From an uncultured delta proteobacterium (GTDB taxonomy: Bacteria > Desulfobacterota > Binatia > UBA9968), in assembly GCA_963771465.1 (NCBI GenBank), contig CAVYTU010000019.1, positions 32,001-96,000 of the forward strand: 64,000 nucleotides of DNA, written 5' to 3'. This document shows, piece by piece, positions 19,238-29,405 of this stretch (the stretch's first letter is position 1; the number at the start of each line of letters is the position of its first letter). The translations under genes were made by a program, and so were the position numbers. The notes beneath the pieces are model-generated. The model ran no database searches and was not told the origin of the DNA. It saw only the letters and a list, made by a program, of their open reading frames with translations.

Positions 19238-19633
19238 GTGCCCACTGTATCCGTCACACGTCTTCATCTGCGTTCGCCACGATTTCTTCTGCCGTTCTTC
19301 TTGCGCACCCATAGATCGCGCCGCCAGGCGACCCGCGCGCCCGGCAACCTGGGCGTTCGCGTGCGTAAGACTGATGGCCTAGCGTTTTGGACGCTCACAC
19401 TCTGGCGCGACATGGCGGCGATGAGATCGTTCGTGATGGCTTCGCCGCACAGAGAAGCGATGCAAAAACTTGCCAACTGGTGCGATGAAGCCGCCTTCGC
19501 CCACTGGGACCTAGATATCATCGACTTACCGACATGGGACATCGCCGTCGACAAACTCCGTGTCAGCGGTCATCTCGCCACGGTGCTGCATCCGTCCGAG
19601 AAGCATAAAGCCGGCGAAATCGTCGTGTCATGA
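19238..19633 (+). CDS. DUF3291-like dimeric alpha+beta barrel protein
   Basis: VSVTRLHLRS, FWTLTLW, MRSFV...PHREAM, WCDEA; GTG start. Confidence 0.7.
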   Translation: MPTVSVTRLHLRSPRFLLPFFLRTHRSRRQATRAPGNLGVRVRKTDGLAFWTLTLWRDMAAMRSFVMASPHREAMQKLANWCDEAAFAHWDLDIIDLPTWDIAVDKLRVSGHLATVLHPSEKHKAGEIVVS

Positions 19634-19767
19634 AAGTTCAAGACTTCGCGTCGTGACGATGGCGTGACCAAAGCCCGATCTCCAACCTTTCACGCGCCAG
19701 CGCATTCAGTTCACCTTGACATCCCAGGTTCGATCACACTAAAAGTTGGCACTTCGGAGGATTTGTT

Positions 19768-20952
19768 ATGTCCAGCGACTCACGCACTCGCGGCCTCGCC
19801 GAAACCTGCAACCAACGCGGCCCGAATCGGCCGCTGTTCACCAAAGGCGGTCCACCCAACTATGTGGAAAAATCACTGGCGGCCGCCGCCGAGCCATTCA
19901 AGGGAATCACCCGCGACGGCAGCGTGATTGCCGACTTGTTCAGCATGCAGAAGACCGGCGTCCCGACGCAGTCGATTCGCGCGGCTGCCGAAGCGTTTCT
20001 CGAATCGCTGACACCGGATCAACGCGCCAAGACGCTCTTTCCCGTCGCTACCGACCAATGGCGCAAGTGGAGCAACATCCATCCGACCTTGTTGCGCCAC
20101 GGCATGGCGCTGTTCGAGATGAACGATGACCAGCGCGATCGCGCCTTTGTGTTGCTCCGCGAAAGCTTGAGCCAACGAGGCTTCGAGGAAGCGCTCGACA
20201 TTATGCATTTGAATGAAACCGTCGTGGAATTGACCGGCCGGCTCGACGAATACGGCGAAGATCTTTATTGGCTGAGCATCATGGGCGCGCCGTCGGCGAC
20301 CGAACCGTGGGGCTGGCAGTGGGACGGCCATCATCTGATCATCAATTATTTCGTCCTTGGCGATCAGATCGTGGTGACGCCGACTTTCCTCGGCGCCGAG
20401 CCGGTGCATGCCGTCGGTGGCAAATACGCCGGCGTGCGCGCGTTCAAAGGCGACGAGGACCGCGGCTTGGCGCTGTTCCGCGTGCTTTCGGAGACGCAAC
20501 GCGCCAAAACCGTGATCGCGCCGGAAACTTTGGGCGAAGACTTTACCACCGCGTTTCGCGACAATCTCGTGCTCGATTACCAAGGCATCCGCTCCGATGA
20601 GTTGTCGACGGCGCAGCATGAGCTTTTGCTCGGCTTGGTCGAATATCACGTCGGCCGCATGCGCCATGGCCATGCGCAGGTGAAGATGGCTGAAGTGAAG
20701 CGCCACCTAAACGATACTTATTTTTGCTGGATGGGCGGCGGCTCCGACGACGGCGTTTTTTATTATCGGGTGCAGAGTCCGGTGATCATCGTCGAGTTCG
20801 ACCACCAGCGCGGTATCGCCTTTCGCGAACGCACCAAGCCCTATAAAGACCACATTCACGTCATCGTGCGCACGCCCAACGGCAACGACTACGGCAAAGA
20901 TTTGCTGCGACTGCATTATCAGCAGGGCCATCACGCCAGCGCGCGCCAATGA
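19768..20952 (+). CDS. DUF3500 domain protein
   Basis: WRKWSN, PWGWQWDGHHL, TPTFLGAEP, YYRVQSP, HIHVIVRTPNGNDYG; GGAGG RBS. Confidence 0.88.
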   Translation: MSSDSRTRGLAETCNQRGPNRPLFTKGGPPNYVEKSLAAAAEPFKGITRDGSVIADLFSMQKTGVPTQSIRAAAEAFLESLTPDQRAKTLFPVATDQWRKWSNIHPTLLRHGMALFEMNDDQRDRAFVLLRESLSQRGFEEALDIMHLNETVVELTGRLDEYGEDLYWLSIMGAPSATEPWGWQWDGHHLIINYFVLGDQIVVTPTFLGAEPVHAVGGKYAGVRAFKGDEDRGLALFRVLSETQRAKTVIAPETLGEDFTTAFRDNLVLDYQGIRSDELSTAQHELLLGLVEYHVGRMRHGHAQVKMAEVKRHLNDTYFCWMGGGSDDGVFYYRVQSPVIIVEFDHQRGIAFRERTKPYKDHIHVIVRTPNGNDYGKDLLRLHYQQGHHASARQ

Positions 20953-21022
20953 TTCAAGATCGCTCAATGAACAACTACGCTGCAAATCCCGCGGTATCAG
21001 GCAATGAAAATTGTCTTCAAGG

Positions 21023-21100
21023 CGTCACCCCCGAATGTTTTTAACGGGGGTCCAGTCCCGGAACCGCCTGGATTCCCGCTTAAAGCATGCGGGAATGACG
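21023..21100. repeat. REP-like palindromic element (GTCA...GCGGGAATGAC family)
   Basis: cgtcacccccg...ggggtccag...ctggattcccgc...gcgggaatgacg. Confidence 0.75.
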
Positions 21101-21202
21101 AACTTCGGAAGGCAATTGACTTAACGCAGCGAGCTGCGCGAAAACGAACCTTAGAGATTGATTTGGCAAAGCATCAGCGGCATTTATGACCGGGGAGGTT
21201 TC

Positions 21203-22192
21203 ATGATCATCGCAAGACACTGCATTCTTTGCATCGCTGTCTGGATGATTCTCCTCGCCTCCACCGCCCACACGGAAAAAATTCGCACCAGCATCCCTGG
21301 GTCGAATCTGAATTATCTCAGCGTCTTCAGCGCCGAAGAGCGCAAGTTCTTCCGCGACGAAGGCTTGGAAAATGAAACCATCTCCATCGGCGGTCCCGCC
21401 GGCATCGCCGCGCTGGTCAGCGGCGATGTGGATTTTAGCGGCGCCGGCGGCAGCGGTCTGCGCGCTGCCGTCCGAGGCGCGCCTTTAAAAGCGATATTCT
21501 ACCAGACGGAAAAACCGACCTGGTATTTGATCGTTCACCCGAGTATCGCCCAGGGCGCCGATCTCAAAGGCAAAAAGATCGGCGTGGCGCTGATCGGCGA
21601 TAGCGAAGACCGTTTCATTACCTTGTTCGCCGAGCGCGCCGGAGTATCAGCCAAAGACGTGACGAAGATATCGTTGGGCACCAGCATCGGCGACAAAATC
21701 CTCGGCGTCAAAAGCGGCAACGTTTCCGCCGTGGTTCTCGATCCGGCCGGCACCGTCGCGGCCGAACGCGAAGGGTTGCGCAAGCTGGCGTATCTCGGTG
21801 ATATGTTTCCGCTCCCGTTTCAGGGCTACGTGGCGACCAATCAGAAGCTCGCGGAAAACCCGGCACAAGTAAAAAGATGGATCCGAGCGATGACCCGGTC
21901 GCTGCTTTTCATTCGCGATCGACCTGAAGACGCCGCCGACATCGCACTGCGCCGCTTGCGCATCAAAAATATCACCAAGCCCATGTTGACCGAGGCGATT
22001 CGCAGTTACGTGCGCGCCTTTCCCCCAGGCATCCCCGGCGTGCCGTCGGCGGAAGGCGTAAAAAGCATTCTCGAGCACGAACTGAGAATCCCGCTCAAGC
22101 TCGACAAGCCGCTCGCCGCGGAGAATTTTTTCGAACTGCGTTGGGCGGAAGAAGTGCGGAGAGAGATGGAAGCCAAAGGCGCGAACCCGTAG
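21203..22192 (+). CDS. ABC substrate-binding protein, NitT/TauT (NMT1) family
   Basis: Signal peptide; FFRDEGLE, ALVSGDVD, DLKGKKIGV. Confidence 0.88.
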   Translation: MIIARHCILCIAVWMILLASTAHTEKIRTSIPGSNLNYLSVFSAEERKFFRDEGLENETISIGGPAGIAALVSGDVDFSGAGGSGLRAAVRGAPLKAIFYQTEKPTWYLIVHPSIAQGADLKGKKIGVALIGDSEDRFITLFAERAGVSAKDVTKISLGTSIGDKILGVKSGNVSAVVLDPAGTVAAEREGLRKLAYLGDMFPLPFQGYVATNQKLAENPAQVKRWIRAMTRSLLFIRDRPEDAADIALRRLRIKNITKPMLTEAIRSYVRAFPPGIPGVPSAEGVKSILEHELRIPLKLDKPLAAENFFELRWAEEVRREMEAKGANP

Positions 22193-22234
22193 AAAAATCG
22201 CGCAATGGCGCAACTAAATAGTCAAGAAAGTTTT

Positions 22235-22312
22235 CACCACGAAGGACACGAAGAGCACGAAGTCAAGAATTTTTATTTCCGAACCTTCGTGTCCTTCGTG
22301 ATCTTCGTGGTG
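22235..22312. repeat. Inverted (CACGAAG)3 palindromic repeat
   Basis: caccacgaaggacacgaagagcacgaag ... cttcgtgtccttcgtgatcttcgtggtg. Confidence 0.85.
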
Positions 22313-22365
22313 CGATCGGATTTTCGCATCGAACTGTTTCGGATTTCAGCGAAGGAGACACCGAT

Positions 22366-23361
22366 ATGTCTCAACTCGGTCTGCGAATTTTTTGCTGTCT
22401 TGGGATTGTCGCGGCAATCGCTTCTTCATGCCCAAACGCGCCAGCGCAAACGCCGCTCAAAAAACTCCGCCTCGGCATCGCCGCCACCAGCGTCGGCTTT
22501 CTGCCGATCTACGCGGCCCATCAGAGAGGTTTTTATCGAGACGAAGGCATCGATCTGGAAATTATCCTGATGTCGCTCGCCGTGGCGAACAACGCGTTCT
22601 TCAAAGGCGAGATCGAGTATAGCGCCGGACTCACCGGCCTAGCGCTTGCCGCGGCGCGAAATTATCCGGCAAAAATTTTGATCTTCACCATCATCAAGCC
22701 GCTGCAATCCTTCGTCAGTCGCAAGGAAATCAAGGAGCCGCGCGATCTGAAAGGCAAGAAAGTCGCCGGCAGCTCGCCCGGCGGCTCGGCGACGATACTC
22801 GCCTACCAAGCTTTGAAACATTTCGGCCTCGAGGCGGGGAAAGACGTGCAGGTCTTGCCGATGGGCGGCTCGGGAGCAGGGCGGCTCGCGGTGCTGGAAC
22901 AGGGCGTCGTCGACGCCGCTTTACTCTCGGTGCCGGAAAATATTATCGCCGTCAATAAAGGCTACAACGAACTGATCTTTCTCGGCGACGTGGTCAATTT
23001 TCCGCAGAATGGTTTCGGCACCTCGGTTACACGCATCCAACAGCAGCCGGATGAAGTTTATCGCATGGTGCGCGCAACCCTGCGCGGGTTGCAGTTCGTC
23101 ACCGACGAAGCCAACCGCGAGCCAGCGCGCGATGTCATGATGAAACAATGGCGCGTCAGCGATCAGAAGCTCGCCGCCGAAATGCTCGGCTACCTCAAGC
23201 GCGGCCTGGCCAAGGACGCGGTGGTCAGTCCGCAAGCGGTGCAATACTTCATCGATTTGACCCGCGAGACTTCCAATGTGTCACAACCCATCGCCGGCTC
23301 CCAGGTCGTCGACTTCAGTTTTCTCGAAAAAGCGCGTAAAGATTTGGCACTGACTCGCTAA
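22366..23361 (+). CDS. ABC substrate-binding protein, NitT/TauT family
   Basis: Signal peptide; GFYRDEGIDLE, DLKGKKVA. Confidence 0.88.
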   Translation: MSQLGLRIFCCLGIVAAIASSCPNAPAQTPLKKLRLGIAATSVGFLPIYAAHQRGFYRDEGIDLEIILMSLAVANNAFFKGEIEYSAGLTGLALAAARNYPAKILIFTIIKPLQSFVSRKEIKEPRDLKGKKVAGSSPGGSATILAYQALKHFGLEAGKDVQVLPMGGSGAGRLAVLEQGVVDAALLSVPENIIAVNKGYNELIFLGDVVNFPQNGFGTSVTRIQQQPDEVYRMVRATLRGLQFVTDEANREPARDVMMKQWRVSDQKLAAEMLGYLKRGLAKDAVVSPQAVQYFIDLTRETSNVSQPIAGSQVVDFSFLEKARKDLALTR

Positions 23362-23382
23362 CGACAAAAGGAGGCTACGCCA

Positions 23383-24015
23383 ATGCTCGAATTCGAAGGC
23401 AGACAAATTCCCAACCGGTTGAATGAAGTCGTCGATGCCAAACGCACGGTGCTGCTGGTCTGGGACATGCAGAACGACCAAGCCGGCGGTTCGTTCAACA
23501 AAGAAGCGTTAATCCGCAACGCCCCGCCGCTGATCGCCGCGGCGGCGAAGGCGGCGGTAAAAACCGTCTACACGCGCCAGACGCCGTTCCTGTGGAAAGA
23601 CGAAGCGGTGACCTGGATACGGCGGGCGATGAAGGATCAAAAGGTCGATCATCCAAGCCAGCTCAAACCACGCCGGCTGCACGGCAGCGTCGGCTGGAAT
23701 ATCATGGAGCCGTTTAAGCCCACTGCCAATGACGTCGTCATCGACAAACGGCGACCGAGCATGTTCGTCGGCAACGAGTTCGAAACCATCATGCACAACC
23801 GCGGCGCGACCACGGTCGTCATGATCGGCTGCACCACCGACGGCGGCGTCGAGATGACCGTGCGCGACGGCCACAACCGCGGTTATTCAATGGTCATCGT
23901 CCGCGACTGCGTCGGAACCTATACCGAGGAAGGCCATAACGCCGCGCTGAAGCGCATCGAACGCTTCGCCGACGTGGTCGAGTCCAAAGAGCTGATCGAC
24001 ATTTGGGCGAAATAG
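23383..24015 (+). CDS. Isochorismatase/cysteine hydrolase family protein
   Basis: LLVWDMQND, DKRRPSMF, GCTTDGGVEMTVRD. Confidence 0.88.
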   Translation: MLEFEGRQIPNRLNEVVDAKRTVLLVWDMQNDQAGGSFNKEALIRNAPPLIAAAAKAAVKTVYTRQTPFLWKDEAVTWIRRAMKDQKVDHPSQLKPRRLHGSVGWNIMEPFKPTANDVVIDKRRPSMFVGNEFETIMHNRGATTVVMIGCTTDGGVEMTVRDGHNRGYSMVIVRDCVGTYTEEGHNAALKRIERFADVVESKELIDIWAK

Positions 24016-24021
24016 TTCGCC

Positions 24022-24426
24022 ATGTCTTCGGCCATCAGCGCTATTCTGGAAAAGTTTCGCCGCGGCGACGAGGAAGATGCGTTTTACGATCTCTTGGAAT
24101 TGCCGGGAGAACTGCTGCCGGATTTGATTCGCGAATTTGACACCGAACCGGAACCGCACATTCGCGCCTTGCTGATCAAAGTCGCCTGGGAGCGAAAAGA
24201 AAACGGCATTGTGCCGTTTCTCCACCGCGCCTTGGAAATTCCCGATGAGTTAGTCTGGCAGCAAGCGTTGGACGGCTTGGTCGCATTCGCTTCGCCGGAG
24301 GTGCATGAAATTCTTCTAAACGCGCGCGCTAGAGAGTTTGCCGACGCCACACTCACCAACCGTTTCCGCCTCTGGCTCGAAGAGGCGATTCAGCAGGTCG
24401 AATTCGAACTGCGGGCCAAGCGATAA
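24022..24426 (+). CDS. HEAT-repeat-like hypothetical protein
   Basis: Helical repeats, VPFLHRALEIPDELVWQQALDGL. Confidence 0.6.
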   Translation: MSSAISAILEKFRRGDEEDAFYDLLELPGELLPDLIREFDTEPEPHIRALLIKVAWERKENGIVPFLHRALEIPDELVWQQALDGLVAFASPEVHEILLNARAREFADATLTNRFRLWLEEAIQQVEFELRAKR

Positions 24427-24512
24427 TTCGCTATTGCCCCGATTGCGAATCCCCTCCCGAACGAGTTAAAAGAGGCATAAATTCTCTCGGCATTGCGTCA
24501 AAGGAGATCATC

Positions 24513-25481
24513 ATGAGCGCAACGAGCGGTCAGAAAGCCCTCCATGTGGCGACCTTTTCCGGCTGGTATCGCTTCGAACAAGACGGCAAACAATTTACCC
24601 AAACCAAGCGTGACCTAAGCTATTGGACGCTCACCTGCATGTCGGTGGACCAAGAAGATCCGAAAACGATCTACGCCGGCACGGAGCACTCAGGGCTTTT
24701 TTATACCAAGGATGCCGGCGCCCATTGGCAGCGCGCCGATCCGCAAGTGCCGAAAATGTTTCTCTACTCCGCGCTAGCGATAAACGGCGGTGTCATGGTC
24801 GGCACGATTCCGTCGGCGGTCTACCGCAGCAAGAACGGCGGCTGGGAGGAATTGGCAGGCGTGCGCTTGCATAGCGCCGGCGCCAATTTTCCGCCGAGCC
24901 CTGAACTTCAGTCGCGCACGCGCTATCTGGCCGTCGACCCGGAAAATAAAAATCGCCTGTACGCCGGCATCGAAGTCGGCGGCATGGTGCTGAGCGACGA
25001 CGGCGGCCGCGCGTGGGAGCCGTGCAACGAAGGCCTCACCGACATGGACATCCACGAGATCCTGGCATCGCAGCAGCACAGCGGCATGGTCTTTCTGGCC
25101 TGCGGCGAAGCCTGTTTTCGCAGCGCCGACCGCGCCCGTCATTGGCAGAGCATCTCGCCGAAAAATCACGACTACGGCATCTCCGTCGCCGAAGACAAGA
25201 ACGGCGTCGTCTATGTCGGCGCAGCGAGAGGACGACCGAATCTCTGGCTACGCGAAGGAGGCGCCATGTCGGCGATCTTGCGCAGCAGCGACAAAGGCGA
25301 AACCTGGGAAACCGTCGTCGACAACTTGAATGGCGGCGTCATGCATCTCTGCCCGACGCCCGACGGCAACGGCATGATCGCCGGCACATCGGACGGAACT
25401 CTGCTGGTTGTCGACGACGACGGCGTGCGCCAAGTCGCGAGCGGCCTGCCATTCGTCACAAGCGTCGAACTAGCAGCGTAA
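24513..25481 (+). CDS. BNR/Asp-box beta-propeller protein
   Basis: TKDAGAHW, SDDGGRAW, SSDKGETW; similar to 15687. Confidence 0.85.
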   Translation: MSATSGQKALHVATFSGWYRFEQDGKQFTQTKRDLSYWTLTCMSVDQEDPKTIYAGTEHSGLFYTKDAGAHWQRADPQVPKMFLYSALAINGGVMVGTIPSAVYRSKNGGWEELAGVRLHSAGANFPPSPELQSRTRYLAVDPENKNRLYAGIEVGGMVLSDDGGRAWEPCNEGLTDMDIHEILASQQHSGMVFLACGEACFRSADRARHWQSISPKNHDYGISVAEDKNGVVYVGAARGRPNLWLREGGAMSAILRSSDKGETWETVVDNLNGGVMHLCPTPDGNGMIAGTSDGTLLVVDDDGVRQVASGLPFVTSVELAA

Positions 25482-25509
25482 GGAGAAATCACGGGATTGC
25501 TAGAAAGAC

Positions 25510-25533
25510 GGGCGCAGCTTGCTGCGCCCCTAC
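25510..25533. repeat. Short REP-like palindrome
   Basis: gggcgcagc-tt-gctgcgcccctac. Confidence 0.65.
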
Positions 25534-25547
25534 AATCGGAAACACTA

Positions 25548-26543
25548 ATGCGAATAATGATCGGGCTTCTCTATCTCTGTCTCTATCTTCCTTCTTTCGT
25601 CGCGGCCCAAGACGCCAAGCTCATTTCCGAAGCAAAGAAAGAAGGCAAGGTCGTCATTTACGGTTCCATGGAAACCGATATCTTCGAGGGCGTACAGCAA
25701 GCATTTGAGAAGAAGACCGGCATCAAAGTCGATTATTGGCGCGCCGCCGGCGCCACGGTGCTCGAACGCGCTTCGAGCGAACGGCGCGCCAATAAAGTCG
25801 GCTATGATTTAGTTTTGAATAATGCCGGGCCGATGGAGATCTTGCTCGCCGAGGGCGCCTTAACGAAATACGACTCGCCGCTGGCGAAAAACTTCGCCGC
25901 CGAGTTTCAACATCCGCAGCTTGGACCGAGCTATCGCACGAGCATCGTCGGCATTGTCTACAACAAGAGCATCTTGAGCCCGGATAAAGCGCCTAAATCG
26001 CTCGAAGATTTGCTGAAGCCGGAATTCAAAGGCAAGCTCGCCTTCGCTGATCCCCAGCGCGGCGCGGTCGCGGTCATGTGGCCGATGAGTTTGTACAAGC
26101 TCATGGGCAAGGAGCGCGCCGATAAATATCTGCGCGATCTCGCGGCGACCAAGCCTGTCATCGTCGAAGGTGTTTTGCCCGCCGCCGAGCGTGTCACCAC
26201 CGGTGAGACGCCGGTGGCGATTACTTATTTGAAATACGTCATCGGCTTCGGCCAAAAAGGCGCGCCGCTCGATTACGTCCGGCAGGACAAGATGCTCGGC
26301 CATGGTCACGCGATTGCGATGAGCAGCCGCGCCGCGCACCCCAACGCGGCGAAAGCATTCCTCGACTATTTCTACAGCGACGATAGTTTGAAAGTCATGG
26401 CCAAGTTCGGCGAATTCGTCACCCGCAAAGGCATAAACCCGCCGCTCGCCGATGCGGACAAGATTCAAGTGGTGGAAATGGACGAGCCTGACGCCAATAC
26501 CATGGCTGAGAAGCGCAAGGAGTACCGAAAGATTTTTCAGTAG
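25548..26543 (+). CDS. ABC extracellular solute-binding protein (Fe3+/polyamine-like class)
   Basis: AKKEGKVVIYGS, PKSLEDLL, HPNAAKAFLDY. Confidence 0.88.
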   Translation: MRIMIGLLYLCLYLPSFVAAQDAKLISEAKKEGKVVIYGSMETDIFEGVQQAFEKKTGIKVDYWRAAGATVLERASSERRANKVGYDLVLNNAGPMEILLAEGALTKYDSPLAKNFAAEFQHPQLGPSYRTSIVGIVYNKSILSPDKAPKSLEDLLKPEFKGKLAFADPQRGAVAVMWPMSLYKLMGKERADKYLRDLAATKPVIVEGVLPAAERVTTGETPVAITYLKYVIGFGQKGAPLDYVRQDKMLGHGHAIAMSSRAAHPNAAKAFLDYFYSDDSLKVMAKFGEFVTRKGINPPLADADKIQVVEMDEPDANTMAEKRKEYRKIFQ

Positions 26544-26553
26544 AGGTCTTACC

Positions 26554-27198
26554 ATGAAGCTTTATACTTTCTTCCGCAGCTCTGCTTCCTACCGTGTGCG
26601 CATCGCGTTGAATCTGAAGGGCATCGGTTGCGAGCAGGCGCCGATCCATCTGCGCCGCGGCGGCGGCGAACAGTTGAGCGCCGCATATCGCGCGATCAAT
26701 CCGCAAGCGCTCGTACCGGCGTTGGAAGACGACGGCAGGATTCTCACCCAATCGCTGGCGATCATCGAGTATCTCGACGAAAAGCATCCCAACCCGCCGC
26801 TGCTGCCGCAAGACCCGACGGACAAAGCGATCGTCCGCAGCATGGCGTTGGTGATCGCCTGCGAAGTCCATCCGATTCAGAATTTGCGCGTATTGAATTA
26901 TGTCAAAGCGACTTACCACCAGACCGACGAGCAAGTGAACCAATGGGCGCAGCATTGGATCGATCTGGGTCTAGACGCGCTCCAAGAAATGATCGTCGCC
27001 CAACCCAAGCGCGGCAAGTTCTGTTTCGGCGACACGCCGACGTTGGCCGATATTTGTTTGATCCCGCAGCTCGGCAACGCGCGCCGCTACGGCTGCGACT
27101 TGGCGAAATATCCGACGATTTTAGCAATTGAAAAAAACTGCAACGCGCTCCCCGCCTTCGCCGACGCCGCGCCGGAAAAACAGCCGGATGCCGAATGA
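26554..27198 (+). CDS. maiA: Maleylacetoacetate/maleylpyruvate isomerase (GST zeta)
   Basis: MKLYTFFRSSASYRVRIALNLKG, LTQSLAIIEYL, HPIQNL. Confidence 0.93.
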   Translation: MKLYTFFRSSASYRVRIALNLKGIGCEQAPIHLRRGGGEQLSAAYRAINPQALVPALEDDGRILTQSLAIIEYLDEKHPNPPLLPQDPTDKAIVRSMALVIACEVHPIQNLRVLNYVKATYHQTDEQVNQWAQHWIDLGLDALQEMIVAQPKRGKFCFGDTPTLADICLIPQLGNARRYGCDLAKYPTILAIEKNCNALPAFADAAPEKQPDAE

Positions 27199-27298
27199 AG
27201 CACGGTTGCGAGTTTGGCGCTCGTGAAATCGTCTTTCGGGTTGCGGCGTAATCGGCGACCGGAAACCGGAAACTTATATCTGAAACACCTTCCGACCC

Positions 27299-28072
27299 AT
27301 GTTCCTGCTCAAACAGTTTATCAAAGTCTTGCTGCTGCCACCGATGCCGTGGCTGCTGCTTTTGCTCTTGGTGCTGATCTTTTGGCAGCGACGCTGGGCG
27401 CGGACGCTCTTGGCGTTCACTTTCCTCCTCATCCTCGTACTGCACAGCGGCCCGGTGAACTACGCACTGCGTTATCCGCTGGAATCGCGCTATCCCCCGC
27501 TTGTCGATCCGGCGAAAGCCGGCAACTACGATGCGATTGTTGTCCTCACCAGCGGCAGCGTGCCAGCTACCGGTTTGATCCCGCTACCATCCGTCGACGA
27601 GCATATGTTTCGCCGACTCGACGAGGCCTGGCGGCTTTACCGGATCCGTCCCAAACCGATCATCATCTCCGGCGGCCATGTGAACCCGTTCACTCCGGCC
27701 CTGGACGAGAACAAGATCGCCCGCGACTTTCTCATCCGCTGGGGCGTGCCCAAGAAGGACATCATCGGCGAGGAAAACTCCCGCGATACTTTCGAGAACG
27801 CCCTGGCAACCCAAACCGTTCTCAAGAAGCATGGCTGGAAGCGTTACCTGCTCGTCACCTCGGCAATGCACATGCCGCGCAGCATGATGGTGTTTGCCGA
27901 GCTTGTGCCGGAACCGATCCCCGCCCCCGGCGATTTCTCGGTTGGCAAATTCGAGTTGACGCCCTTCGACTTTTTCCCCAACGAGGAAGTGGCAGCCAAA
28001 ATGTTTGCGACGATCCACGAATATCTCGGGATGGCCAATTACTACCTGCGCCTACGCTTTGCAAAAGAGTAA
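27299..28072 (+). CDS. YdcF/ElyC (DUF218) family protein
   Basis: IIISGG, SRDTFENA, LLVTSAMHMPRS, IHEYLG. Confidence 0.9.
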   Translation: MFLLKQFIKVLLLPPMPWLLLLLLVLIFWQRRWARTLLAFTFLLILVLHSGPVNYALRYPLESRYPPLVDPAKAGNYDAIVVLTSGSVPATGLIPLPSVDEHMFRRLDEAWRLYRIRPKPIIISGGHVNPFTPALDENKIARDFLIRWGVPKKDIIGEENSRDTFENALATQTVLKKHGWKRYLLVTSAMHMPRSMMVFAELVPEPIPAPGDFSVGKFELTPFDFFPNEEVAAKMFATIHEYLGMANYYLRLRFAKE

Positions 28073-28193
28073 CTGCGAATTGCAGTTCGGCGCCAGTGCC
28101 GGTTGAAAATCCCCGGCGTAATGATAAACCCAACCGTGAATTTGGTCCCGAGCGCGGCGTCGCTATGATTGTCGAACGCTAGAGTCGCCTATC

Positions 28194-29258
28194 ATGATCT
28201 CGATCAAAAACCTGGTGAAAATTTTCAAATCGTCCGGCGATTCGGTTCGCGCCGTCGACGGCGTCACCCTCGACATCGGCGAGCGCGAATTCTTTGTGCT
28301 TCTTGGCTTGAGCGGTTCGGGTAAAACCACATTGCTGCGCTGTGTCGCTGGATTGGAAAAACCGGATAGCGGCGAGATCGCCATCAGCAACACGCTAGTC
28401 AGCTCCTCGGAGCGAAATTTTTTCGTCGGTCCCGAAGACCGCGGTCTCGGCATGGTGTTTCAGTCCTACGCCGTCTGGCCGCATATGACGGTATTTCAGA
28501 ACGTGGCGTTTCCGCTGATCAACGGCCCGCACCGGCTATCGAGCAGCGACGTGAAAAAGAAAGTCACGACCGCCCTCGACATGGTCCAGCTCGCTGGCCT
28601 CGCCGATCGTCCGGCGCCATTTCTAAGCGGCGGCCAACAGCAGCGCGTCGCCCTGGCGCGCGCCCTCGCCGTCGAACCCAAAGTGCTCTTGATGGACGAG
28701 CCGCTCAGCAACTTGGATGCCCGCTTGCGTGAAGAAGTGCGCGATGAGATCAAAGGTCTATCGCAGAAGTTCGGCATCGCCGTGCTCTACGTCACTCACG
28801 ACCAGGTCGAGGCGATGGCGCTGGCCGACCGCGTCGCAGTCATGAGCAAAGGTAAAGTCCTTCAATGCGCGCCGCCGCGCGAGCTCTATGACGCGCCGTC
28901 GAGCCGCGAGGTTTGCGAGTTTCTCGGTTCGACGAACTTGATTGACGGCGTCGTCGCCAACGGCGCTCAAGTCGACACCGATTTAGGAAAACTCGCCTGT
29001 GTAATCAGCGATGGCAATTTGAAGAATGTCAGCGTCGCCATCCGGCCGGAAGAATTGCAGATGGCCATTGTTCCCACCGGACTGGAAAATGAGTTTACCG
29101 CTGAAGTATTATCGTCCACGTTTCTCGGCGAGCTGACGGTGTGCGACGTAAAAGTGAACGGCAAGACTTTGCGCTTCAAGACGACTCAAAGCGCCGCACC
29201 GACACGGCAAGTTTACATTCGGCTGCCGGCGGACAAACTGAAACTGTTCGCAAGATAG
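28194..29258 (+). CDS. ABC transporter ATP-binding protein (PotA/FbpC-like, TOBE domain)
   Basis: GLSGSGKTT, LSGGQQQR, LLMDEPLSNLD. Confidence 0.93.
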   Translation: MISIKNLVKIFKSSGDSVRAVDGVTLDIGEREFFVLLGLSGSGKTTLLRCVAGLEKPDSGEIAISNTLVSSSERNFFVGPEDRGLGMVFQSYAVWPHMTVFQNVAFPLINGPHRLSSSDVKKKVTTALDMVQLAGLADRPAPFLSGGQQQRVALARALAVEPKVLLMDEPLSNLDARLREEVRDEIKGLSQKFGIAVLYVTHDQVEAMALADRVAVMSKGKVLQCAPPRELYDAPSSREVCEFLGSTNLIDGVVANGAQVDTDLGKLACVISDGNLKNVSVAIRPEELQMAIVPTGLENEFTAEVLSSTFLGELTVCDVKVNGKTLRFKTTQSAAPTRQVYIRLPADKLKLFAR

Positions 29259-29292
29259 ACTCAAATGAAGCTGAGATCAGCCGCAACCTCGT

Positions 29293-29369
29293 GTCGTGGG
29301 CGAAGCGAAGCCTCTGGCATTTTCAATCTTTGACAGAGGCGAGAGGCTTCGCCTGCGGCTCAGAACGAC
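29293..29369. repeat. Degenerate REP-like inverted repeat
   Basis: gcgaagcctct ... agaggcttcgc. Confidence 0.55.
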
Positions 29370-29405
29370 GTCACGATAAATTCGGCTGCTGAAGAGGAAC
29401 AAGCC

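Noticed and set aside
15687-20952. Other TGA-terminated genes as further selenoproteins
   Set aside because: Their domains appear complete at the stop and I saw no continuing homology downstream
16822-22312. Short tandem and palindromic repeats as a possible CRISPR array
   Set aside because: No constant repeat with unique spacers and no cas genes; they fit REP-like elements
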